From the NCBI GenBank assembly GCA_964371655.1, contig CAYJOD010000003.1, positions 82,145 to 146,144 of the forward strand: 64,000 bases of DNA, written 5' to 3'. A program made the position numbers and the translations under genes. Below, one piece after another: positions 8,047 to 16,504 of this stretch; the first letter of the stretch is position 1, and each line of letters begins with the position of its first letter. Source of the DNA: an uncultured Candidatus Binatia bacterium. GTDB taxonomy: Bacteria > Desulfobacterota > Binatia > HRBIN30. The notes below the pieces were generated by a model that saw nothing but the letters and a program-made list of their open reading frames with translations, had not been told where the DNA came from and ran no database searches.

Positions 8047-9489
8047 TCAGACATCCGGGTCGCCACCATTTCCTCCGCAACCGTAGCCGTTACCCGCGCT
8101 ACCGCTCTTCTCTCGAGAATCAGCACGCCGCATTTGCAAAGCGCGGTCGGTGACGCCCAAGTGCTTGGCGGCGCGCTGCAGATTCCCTTGTTCTTCGGAT
8201 ATGGCGATGCGGATCGCCCAGTCGGAAGTCGTGCGGCTGATCTCTTTCAGGCCGACTCCTTGGTTGAGCGCACAACGAAGCGCGTGCTCGAACCCTCCAT
8301 CTCGCCAGTCGCTGCTTTCTCCTTCGACGAGCGGTCGTTCATCTGGGGGAACGTCGCCAACCGTTATCGGCCCACCACCCACATGGCGGTAGCGCATCCG
8401 AGCGACGAGCTGCCGTAGATCACGGACATTGCCAGGGTAGTTGCGCGCGAGGACGTAGCCGCGCACGGGATCATCGAGGTCTGGAAGTGCGTCCTGGGGC
8501 CGAAGTTGTGCGAGGAAATGGCGGATCAGAATCGGAATGTCTTCGCGGCGCTCGCGGAGTGGCGGCAGATGGCAGGTGACCGCTGCAATCCGATAGTAAA
8601 GATCGCGGCGGAACCGCCCCGACGCGACCTCATCGAGTAAGTTCCGGTTCGTCGCGCACAGCAGCCGGAAGTCGGTACGTTGCCAGGTGTTTCCTCCGAC
8701 GCGCTTATGGGTCCCTTCCTGAACGACGCGCAACAGCTGCGCTTGCATTGGCAGCGGTAGTTCCCCGACCTCGTCGAGGAAAAGGGTTCCGCCGTTGGCG
8801 AGCGCGAACGCTCCGTCGCGTGTCGATACGGCGCCCGTGAATGCACCGCGCTCGTGGCCGAAGAACTCACTTCCGGCGAGCTCCGGCACGATCGTGGTGC
8901 AATCAAGAACTACCAGATCACCTTTCGTCGGGCGGGGATCGAGGGTGTGCACGAGCCGAGCAATGAGTTCCTTGCCGGTGCCGCTCTCGCCCGAGATCAG
9001 GACCCTGGCATCGGTGAAGCGTGCGACCTCGATCACATGGCGCAGCGTTGCAATCCAAGCGGGACTGCGGCCGACCACATTGTCTCTGACCAGCGTCGAG
9101 TGCAGAAGCTCGTCGATAGCCGCCCAGCGTGTAAAGCGTTCGACGATCTCGTCCACGCGCCACGCCGACTCGCTGCACGCCAGAACATCCGCCGCTCCAG
9201 TCTGTAGCAGCTGCCATGCTTGCTGAGCCGTCACTCCAGATACTCCTATCGATACTGCAAGGACCCGGTGGAAGCCCGCCGCACTTGCGATGCGTAGCTG
9301 CGCGCACACCTCGTCGGAGGGATCCTCAAAGAAAACAATCCCCGGCCCTGGTGCGTCCTCCCAGCCGCCGTCGCGGACGCGGATGCCCGCGTCGCTCAAG
9401 GCCTGTCGAACCGCTGGCGCAGCCGACAGCGTATGCCCGTGAAAACTGCACCATACCTCGAGTGAGAGACCTGACCCTGCTCCAGACAT
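8047..9489 (-). CDS. Sigma-54-dependent transcriptional activator (bEBP) with degenerate receiver-like N-terminus
   Basis: GESGTGKE, GAFTGA, LFLDEVGE, FRRDLYYR, YPGNVRDL, C-terminal HTH (AAKHLG). Confidence 0.93.
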   Translation of the reverse strand: MSGAGSGLSLEVWCSFHGHTLSAAPAVRQALSDAGIRVRDGGWEDAPGPGIVFFEDPSDEVCAQLRIASAAGFHRVLAVSIGVSGVTAQQAWQLLQTGAADVLACSESAWRVDEIVERFTRWAAIDELLHSTLVRDNVVGRSPAWIATLRHVIEVARFTDARVLISGESGTGKELIARLVHTLDPRPTKGDLVVLDCTTIVPELAGSEFFGHERGAFTGAVSTRDGAFALANGGTLFLDEVGELPLPMQAQLLRVVQEGTHKRVGGNTWQRTDFRLLCATNRNLLDEVASGRFRRDLYYRIAAVTCHLPPLRERREDIPILIRHFLAQLRPQDALPDLDDPVRGYVLARNYPGNVRDLRQLVARMRYRHVGGGPITVGDVPPDERPLVEGESSDWRDGGFEHALRCALNQGVGLKEISRTTSDWAIRIAISEEQGNLQRAAKHLGVTDRALQMRRADSREKSGSAGNGYGCGGNGGDPDV

Positions 9490-9616
9490 GCAGCACCCGA
9501 CGACGCAACATGCAATGCCTGCGCAACCCCAACAGTGCGGCCCGCAGGCTCACCATGAGACCGACTCACCTACAGCGAGCCAGAGTGTATGTGACCGAAT
9601 GGCTAAGAAAGACCGA

Positions 9617-10414
9617 CTAGCGCGCGCAACGAAAGCCAAAGGCACTGCCCGAGGTGAACGGCCCCCATTCGCCGCGGACCGCGAGCGGGCCGGTGCCCGG
9701 GCTGTTGAACATGCCGCCACGCGTTAGCGCGCCGGGCTCCCCTGTGGTCGCCGCCCCCGCCAGGCACTGAGGGTCCCCGCTCCCGCTCCAAGTGCCACAG
9801 GTCGTCGACCGCGGCACCCAGTCCGCCACCCACTCGTATACGTTCCCCACCATGTCGAAGGCACCCCAGCTCGATTTGCAGCTGCTGCGCGAGCCGGTGT
9901 CCACTACGGCGATGACGCTCTGTGTATTGCAGTCCGTCGACCCGTTGTCCGGTCCCGGGTCCGGCGTGCCCGACACCGCTCCCTGCCACTCGGCGTTGCT
10001 CGGCAGTCGTTTGAGTGCATTGAAACACGCCTGCTGCGCCTGGAACCACGTCACGCATGAGGTGGGGTGGACGCCGGGGATGGACACGGCATACAGCGGT
10101 TCCGTCCACTGTCCGTTGGCCGGAAACGTCGCCGGAAATGCCGGCGCGCAAGTGTTGACGGAGGGGACGCTAATCTGCGTCGCCCCGCCGGCCTGCAGAT
10201 CGGCCAGCGTCGCCTTGCCGTTTTGAATCTTCTTGACCAGTGCCTTGTTAGCTATCGTCGGGTCCGGCACTTGCCACACGCTCGCCTCGTACTTGTCCAT
10301 ACACACCGAGCCGGCCTTCACGGCGTCGGCCGCGCACTTCGGCAAGCCGGCATGAGCTGGTGCGGCTAGTGCCACGGCCACCAATCCTGTTGCGAATCCC
10401 AATCTGTTCATCAT
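9617..10414 (-). CDS. Secreted FGE-sulfatase/SUMF1-like domain protein (C-type lectin-like fold)
   Basis: Signal peptide; CMDKYEASV, KRLPSNAEW, DMVGNVYEW, RGG, GFRCAR. Confidence 0.85.
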   Translation of the reverse strand: MMNRLGFATGLVAVALAAPAHAGLPKCAADAVKAGSVCMDKYEASVWQVPDPTIANKALVKKIQNGKATLADLQAGGATQISVPSVNTCAPAFPATFPANGQWTEPLYAVSIPGVHPTSCVTWFQAQQACFNALKRLPSNAEWQGAVSGTPDPGPDNGSTDCNTQSVIAVVDTGSRSSCKSSWGAFDMVGNVYEWVADWVPRSTTCGTWSGSGDPQCLAGAATTGEPGALTRGGMFNSPGTGPLAVRGEWGPFTSGSAFGFRCAR

Positions 10415-10876
10415 CGTCTCCTTTCTGAAACTTGGCTGTACTGGCTACGTTTCGGTGAATATGGGGAAGGGGGCGGCCGCACCCTGGAGGTTGCCACTTC
10501 ATGTGGCCGCAGCAGCCCTTGCCCATGGCAAGATCGCCAGCGAAGACTGGACGCGGGCCGAGGCCAGCACGCCGGTCACAGCTTGCCGAAACTGCGCTAC
10601 CGGTACGTGCTCGCGGGCCGCGACCGTAGTTAGAAGAGAGAAAGAGAGAGTGTGTGTGAAATTCGCGCCAGGCATCACTGCTGTGCGAATTTGATCCGAA
10701 CTATGCGGCGCGCCCCTCTCCACAGTGCCCCCGTGCATGACGTTGAAAGAGGCGGACCGCCTACTGTGCTTTGAGTTGTTGCGTCAAGAAAAAACCAAGG
10801 GTCTCGTTGTCGATCATCTCGAAACATGATCGATGTCACACTCTGGTGACCTCCGGCGGACTGGGGAAACCACCAG

Positions 10877-12133
10877 CTACTGCGGTCCGCGGAGCAGCAA
10901 GCCAACCGGGAAATTGTACACGCGCCGGCTGATGCGCTCGACGCGGGGGTGCATCGAGATCAGCAGGGCGCGCTGCGCCTGTTTCGGATAGAGATCGAGG
11001 AACGTCTCAAGCGCCCGCACGTCGCGGGCGTGGGTACTGGACGCGTGCTTGATCTCGATCGGTACGAGGCGACCTCCGGCATTGAGCACGAGATCGCACT
11101 CCATGCCTTGCGGTGTGCGCCAGAAGTACGCGTCGCAGGCCTTGCCCGCGTGGCCGTATGTCTTGCGGATCTCGGCTAACACAAACGCCTCGAACAGCCG
11201 TCCAAAGTGTGGTGCGTTCAGCAGGCCTGGAATGGTGTCGATCGCCTGCAAGTGGAGCCCCAGGCCGCTGTCGGCAAAAATCCACTTTGGGCGCTTGACC
11301 AGACGTTTGGTCGCGTTTTCCGTGTACGGCAGCAGGCGAAATGCCTGGTAGCCGGTTTCGAGTAGAGACAGCCAGCGCTCGACGGTGCTGTCGTCGATGC
11401 CGAGCACATTGCCGATCTCGGATTTGTTGATCACGGTGCCGCTGCGACCGGCGACCAACACCAGAAAGCGATCGAACTTGCCGAGGTCGGCCACCTGACT
11501 CAATTCGCGTACGTCACGTTGCAGATAGGTACGCCGATAGGATTCGAACCAATCGGCGTCCGGTCCTTCAAGCAGCGGCACCGGAAAACCGCCGGCGCGC
11601 ATCGCGGGAGCGATGTGCTGCGGGTCATTCACCGGAAAGGCCTGGCCAAGGAGATCGGCGAGTGCGTCGGGCTGCTGGAGCAACTTGATCGTCTCCTCGG
11701 GCTTGGCGCCGCGCGCCTCCTGCACCGTGAAAGGCCACAGGTCGAGCACGGCCACCCGACCGGCCAGGGATTCCGTCACTCCTCGCATGAGAGGGAAATG
11801 TTGGCTGCCCGTGAGAAAGAAACGGAGTCTGCGGCCGCCACGATCGATCTCGTGCTTGAGGTAGGGAAAGATGTCGGGAACCTGCTGGATTTCGTCGAGG
11901 AGCAGGGGGCCCGGGTGGTTGGCGAAGAACAACTCGGGATCGCGGCGAAACGCGGCGATCTGGCTCGGAGTATCGAAAGAAACGACGGCGGCCGCATCGC
12001 CGTGAAGCTGGCGATGGAGCCGGGTCAGAAGTGAGGTCTTTCCCGCCTGCCGCGGACCCGTTACCAACACGGCCGCAAAGCGTCGGGCGAGTGCGGTAAT
12101 CTTCGCTTCGAGGGCTCTTTGGCGATAGGCCAT
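10877..12133 (-). CDS. AAA+ ATP-binding protein (AAA_14 + DUF4143 type)
   Basis: GPRQAGKT, LDEIQ, LTGS, ESLAGR, FEAFV, ECDLV...IEIK. Confidence 0.9.
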   Translation of the reverse strand: MAYRQRALEAKITALARRFAAVLVTGPRQAGKTSLLTRLHRQLHGDAAAVVSFDTPSQIAAFRRDPELFFANHPGPLLLDEIQQVPDIFPYLKHEIDRGGRRLRFFLTGSQHFPLMRGVTESLAGRVAVLDLWPFTVQEARGAKPEETIKLLQQPDALADLLGQAFPVNDPQHIAPAMRAGGFPVPLLEGPDADWFESYRRTYLQRDVRELSQVADLGKFDRFLVLVAGRSGTVINKSEIGNVLGIDDSTVERWLSLLETGYQAFRLLPYTENATKRLVKRPKWIFADSGLGLHLQAIDTIPGLLNAPHFGRLFEAFVLAEIRKTYGHAGKACDAYFWRTPQGMECDLVLNAGGRLVPIEIKHASSTHARDVRALETFLDLYPKQAQRALLISMHPRVERISRRVYNFPVGLLLRGPQ

Positions 12134-12134
12134 G

Positions 12135-12173
12135 CCCTTGCATTATTCGTATGTCATCCGAATAATGCAAGGG
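12135..12173. promoter_or_regulatory. Perfect 15-bp inverted repeat directly upstream of the ATPase start (putative operator)
   Basis: cccttgcattattcg-N9-cgaataatgcaaggg. Confidence 0.55.
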
Positions 12174-12607
12174 TTGTGTCAATACCTGCCGAAGGACCGA
12201 GTTACCTGAGACCCGTCTGGTCTAACCTCTGCAACCTGCTGAATGAAATCAAACTAGGTTCCGTTCGCCCTGAGGAGCAGCCCGTTTCGGGCGGCGTCTC
12301 GAAGGACAGGTCTGCGAGAAGATCGACAGGCTCCTCCCTCGCCGTGATGCAGGAAAGGAGTGCTGTCAAACATGGGCGCTGTTTCGTAAGTCGCGACGCT
12401 GCGGAACGGTCTTGGTCGTGGAGGCACTGCACCGGATCGCTCGCGTCGCCGACGTTGCCGGAGTGGCGCTGGGGACGTTGTTCACAAAGCTAGACAACGG
12501 AGACTCGTGGTGCATCGAACGCAAGCGAGCGGGTGCGTGAGATCGATGCATGATTCACAGGGTGAGAAGCCTATGAATCCGTTCAATCCATAATGACGGC
12601 TGGGAGG

Positions 12608-12709
12608 TTTCTCGCGCCAAGGCGCCAAGAGCGCAAAGGTGCTGTCCGAGACAGTCCTCGGAGCGAAGCGATCTCTTGCTTTGCGGGCTTTGCGCCTTTG
12701 CGCGAGAAA
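12608..12709. repeat. Intergenic palindromic short-repeat element (CGCCAAG/CGCAAAG type)
   Basis: tttctcgcgccaaggcgccaagagcgcaaag ... ctttgcgggctttgcgcctttgcgcgagaaa; related copy ~44608-44675. Confidence 0.75.
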
Positions 12710-12843
12710 TTATTCTTTCAGGAAAGGCAGCGCTGATGCACCTTGACAGCTGCCAACTAACCAATGGGCACGGGCAGGGGCAGGTGAGGTCTTCGAAAAA
12801 GACGCTTTGCTCGGGTGCGAGCAAGTGGGGTAGAAAGGCGGGC

Positions 12844-14274
12844 ATGGCGCTGCACGAGGTACTCACACACGAGATCGACGCCGGACCGTCAGGTCCGCAG
12901 ATCGGCGCGTTGTTCGACGTTGATCGCACCTTGATCGCCGGATTCTCTGCGTACGAGTTCCTGCGCGACGGCGTGCGCACGGGTGTAGTCGGGCCGCTTG
13001 CGCTCGGCGATGCCTTGGCAACGGCGCTACGGTTCCAAAGCCGGCAAATGGACTTTTCGGGGTTCGTGGCCGCGGTCAGCAGCATTATGCGCGGGCGCTC
13101 CGAAGCCGACTTCGAAGCCACCGGTGGCAGGATCTTCGCCGAGCGTCTGGCCGGCAGCATTTATCCCGAAGCGCGCGCTCTGGTCGAGGCGCATTTCCGC
13201 AAGGGGCACACCGTGGCTCTGGTGTCGGCGGCATCGCGTTATCAAGTCGAGCCGCTGGCGCGCGACCTCGGTATCGAGCACGTGTTGTGCACCCAGCTCG
13301 AAGTCCGAGACGGCAAGTTCACCGGTGCCGTCGTGCATCCAACCTGTTACGGCGACGGCAAGGCGCTGTACGCCCGGCGCTTGGCGAAGCGAACCCACGT
13401 GCACCTGTCGCAGAGCTACTTCTACACCGACAGCCACGAAGACCTGCCGCTGCTGAATATCGTCGGCAAGCCGCGGCCGCTGAACCCGGATCGCAGGCTG
13501 ACGGAAATCGCCACGGCGCGCGGTTGGCCGACGCGACGCTTCAGCAGTCGCGGCACTCCAAGCGTTACCGACGTGGTTCGCACCGGCCTGGCGATCGGGA
13601 GCATCGTGCCGTCGTTCCTACTCGGCTTGCCGGCGGCGGCGCTCGACGGCAGCTGGCGGCGCGCGGTGAATATCGCCACGGCGACGTGGGGAGAGCTGGG
13701 GGCGGCGCTGGCCGGTGTCGACGTTCGCGTCGTCGGCGAAGAGCATCTGTGGTCGCAGCGGCCCGCGGTCTTCACCTTCAACCATCAAAGTGGCATCGAC
13801 ATGCTGCTTATCGCCAAGCTGCTGCGTCGCGACGTCGTCGCCGTGGCCAAGCAGGAGCTGCGCAGCAATCCGATCTGGGGCCCGGTCTTCGCCTTGGCCG
13901 GCACCGTGTTCATCGATCGCTTCAACCGCGACAAAGCCATCGATGCGCTACAGCCCGCCGTCGATGCGCTACGCCAAGGTCTGTCGCTGGCGATCGCCCC
14001 CGAAGGGACGCGCAGTCCGACGCCACGACTGGGGCGCTTCAAGAAGGGGGCCTTTCATCTGGCGATGGCGGCCAACGTGCCGATCGTGCCGATCGTGTTT
14101 CGCAACGCCCTCGACGCCCTACCCAAGCATGCGCTCATTGTCCGCTCGACCGTGATCGAAGCGGTCGTGCACCCGCCGATCGCCACCGACACGTGGACGG
14201 CAGACAACCTCGACGACAAGATCGCATCGGTTCGCCGCCTCTACCTCGAGACCCTCGGGCAACAGGAGGAGTAG
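12844..14274 (+). CDS. HAD-IB phosphatase / lysophospholipid acyltransferase (PlsC-like) fusion
   Basis: FDVDRTL, YTDS..D HAD motifs; NHQSGID, FIDR, PEGTRS acyltransferase motifs. Confidence 0.9.
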   Translation: MALHEVLTHEIDAGPSGPQIGALFDVDRTLIAGFSAYEFLRDGVRTGVVGPLALGDALATALRFQSRQMDFSGFVAAVSSIMRGRSEADFEATGGRIFAERLAGSIYPEARALVEAHFRKGHTVALVSAASRYQVEPLARDLGIEHVLCTQLEVRDGKFTGAVVHPTCYGDGKALYARRLAKRTHVHLSQSYFYTDSHEDLPLLNIVGKPRPLNPDRRLTEIATARGWPTRRFSSRGTPSVTDVVRTGLAIGSIVPSFLLGLPAAALDGSWRRAVNIATATWGELGAALAGVDVRVVGEEHLWSQRPAVFTFNHQSGIDMLLIAKLLRRDVVAVAKQELRSNPIWGPVFALAGTVFIDRFNRDKAIDALQPAVDALRQGLSLAIAPEGTRSPTPRLGRFKKGAFHLAMAANVPIVPIVFRNALDALPKHALIVRSTVIEAVVHPPIATDTWTADNLDDKIASVRRLYLETLGQQEE

Positions 14275-14331
14275 GCGCGAGCGGCGGCACGGCGGGACAG
14301 CTCCCCCACCGCGATCGTGATACAAGAGGGA

Positions 14332-14478
14332 TTCACCGCTGAGGCGCAGAGAGCGCAGAGAGGAGAAAGCCAGGAGCCCGAGCCTCTCAACAAACTCTCT
14401 TCGAAATGAGTTCCAAACACGCTCCTGAATCATGCCTCGCCCTAATCTCCGCGCCTCTGCGTCTCTGCGGTGAAAATC
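14332..14478. repeat. Intergenic inverted pair of CACCGCAGAGACGCAGAG-type repeats
   Basis: ttcaccgctgaggcgcagagagcgcagag ... ctccgcgcctctgcgtctctgcggtgaa. Confidence 0.8.
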
Positions 14479-14502
14479 GTTCGGCTGCGTTCGCGATCCT
14501 CT

Positions 14503-16311
14503 TCACCGGCTGAGGACGAAGATCGCGACGTCGGCGTTCAAGTTCGGATCGTCGCTCACCCAGTTCCCGGTTTCACTGTCGAGGTAGACCTTGCGGTGCA
14601 TGCGGATTCCCTTGGCGTTGCAGAAGTCCTCGACGTCGGCAATCGAGGGGAAGCGGCGGTTCGGGGTATTGTACCACTCGAAGCGGTAGGCGCCGCCGCC
14701 CTTCGGCGAGCGCCCTTCGCGATACAGCATCGCGCGCAGCTTGTGGTAGGCGAAGTTCGGGAAGCTGACGATGCACTGGCGCCCAACCCGCAGCATCTCG
14801 TTGAGAATTCCCTCGGTGTCGACGATCGACTGCAACGTCTGCGACAAAAGCACGACGTCGAACGAAGCATCCGTGAACCAAGACAGACCGTGCTCGAGGT
14901 CGGCCTGGATCACGTCGAGGCCACGCACGACGCTGGCGAGGACGGCGCGCTCGTCGAGCTCGACGCCGACCAGGCGCCCGGCACCGCGCTTGCGCAAGCG
15001 TGATAGCAGCTCGCCCTGGCCGCAGCCTAGATCGAGGACACTGGCGTCGGGCGCGATCAGATCGAGAATCACGTCGTAGTCGAGCCGCTGGTCGTGGAAG
15101 ATGCTCGTCGGTTCGATTGGTATCTGCAGCGCCTGCGGTGCGGATGAGCGCGGCGCCTCACCACCGGCGCGGGCAAGAAACGCAGCCACCATGCCGCCGT
15201 AGATGTCGACCTTTTCCTCCAGCAGAAAGGCGTCATGTCCGCCGGAAGCCTGGACGTCGCAGTAGGTCACCGAGCGCCCGGCGGCGATCAAGGCCTCGAC
15301 GATGTGACCGCTCTGCTCCGGCGGGAACAGCCAGTCGCTGGAGAAGCTCAGCACCAGCCACGGGCAGCTGCTACGTCCCAACACGTCCTGCAGCTCGGCG
15401 CGCGTCGCCCCGAAATCGAAAAGGTCCATCGCCATCGACAGGGTCACGTAGCTGTTGGCATCGAAGCGCTCGACGAACTTATGCCCCTGGTAGGCCAGGT
15501 AGGAGCCCACCGAGAACTTCTTCTCGAACGCGGTCGCGATCTCGCGCGGTCGCAGGCGGCTGGGGCCGAACTTGGCGGTCATCGATTCGCGCGACAGGTA
15601 AGTGATGTGTGCCAGCATGCGCGCCAGGGCCAGGCCGACGGTGGGGCCGTTGCCGTGCTCATAGTATTGGCCGCCGTGGTAGCCCGGGTCGCGCAGGATG
15701 GCGTTGCGACCGACGACGTCGAACGCCAGCGCTTGGCTGGTGAGACGGGGCGACGTCGCCAGCGCGATGCAGCTGCGCACGCGTCCTGGATCACGCACGG
15801 CGAAGCTCATCGCCTGGTGGCCGCCGAGCGAGCCACCGACGACGGCACGCAACGTATCGAGACCGAGATGATCGGTGAGACGCCGATGCACGTCGACCAT
15901 GTCGCCGACCGTGAGCGCCGGAAAGTCAGCGCCATACGGGTGGCCGTTGTGTGGATTGATGCTGTTGGGGCCGGTTGTGCCACGGCAGCCACCGAGCACG
16001 TTGGGGCAAATCACGAAATAGCGCTCGGTGTCGATCGGCTTGCCGGCACCGACGAGTACCTCCCACCAGCCCGGATCGTCCTCGGCACTGTGTCGCGCCA
16101 CGTGCGAGTCGCCACTGATCGCATGACAGATCAACACGGCGTTGTCGCGCTGCGCGTTGAGCCGACCGTAGGTTTCGTAGGTTACCGTGACCGCCGGCAG
16201 CCGACCGCCGAGCTCGAGGCTCAGTGCGGTGTCGAAGGTCACCTGCTGCGCGTGCCGCAAAGGCACGGCGCTGCGCAGGCTGTCGCTACTATCGAAGGTC
16301 GGCTCTGACAT
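14503..16311 (-). CDS. metX: Homoserine O-acetyltransferase MetX fused to MetW (SAM-binding) domain
   Basis: HAISGDSH, GGSLGG, RFDANSY, GHDAFL; C-terminal LDLGCGQG, LSQTLQ, VSFPNF, WYNTPN. Confidence 0.93.
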   Translation of the reverse strand: MSEPTFDSSDSLRSAVPLRHAQQVTFDTALSLELGGRLPAVTVTYETYGRLNAQRDNAVLICHAISGDSHVARHSAEDDPGWWEVLVGAGKPIDTERYFVICPNVLGGCRGTTGPNSINPHNGHPYGADFPALTVGDMVDVHRRLTDHLGLDTLRAVVGGSLGGHQAMSFAVRDPGRVRSCIALATSPRLTSQALAFDVVGRNAILRDPGYHGGQYYEHGNGPTVGLALARMLAHITYLSRESMTAKFGPSRLRPREIATAFEKKFSVGSYLAYQGHKFVERFDANSYVTLSMAMDLFDFGATRAELQDVLGRSSCPWLVLSFSSDWLFPPEQSGHIVEALIAAGRSVTYCDVQASGGHDAFLLEEKVDIYGGMVAAFLARAGGEAPRSSAPQALQIPIEPTSIFHDQRLDYDVILDLIAPDASVLDLGCGQGELLSRLRKRGAGRLVGVELDERAVLASVVRGLDVIQADLEHGLSWFTDASFDVVLLSQTLQSIVDTEGILNEMLRVGRQCIVSFPNFAYHKLRAMLYREGRSPKGGGAYRFEWYNTPNRRFPSIADVEDFCNAKGIRMHRKVYLDSETGNWVSDDPNLNADVAIFVLSR

Positions 16312-16339
16312 CTAGCCTTGATGTGACGGAAAAGGACGC

Positions 16340-16485
16340 ACCGCAGAGACGCTGAGGCGCCGAGGAAGAGACTCTTCGGAGCGAACCTGAAGAATCCGCA
16401 ACTGCATTGTTGATGGCCTTTGAGTCTTGGCCATCTGATCACTTTCGCAGGGATTTCTCTGCGTCTCGGCGCCTCTGCGGTGAAG
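16340..16485. repeat. Intergenic CACCGCAGAG-type inverted pair between metY and metX
   Basis: caccgcagagacgctgaggcgccgag ... ctctgcgtctcggcgcctctgcggtg. Confidence 0.8.
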
Positions 16486-16504
16486 ATCGTTTGTCATATT
16501 GAGG

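Noticed and set aside
7182-10414. Diversity-generating retroelement suggested by DUF1566 and FGE-like proteins
   Set aside because: No reverse transcriptase, accessory gene or template/variable repeat pair seen in the window.
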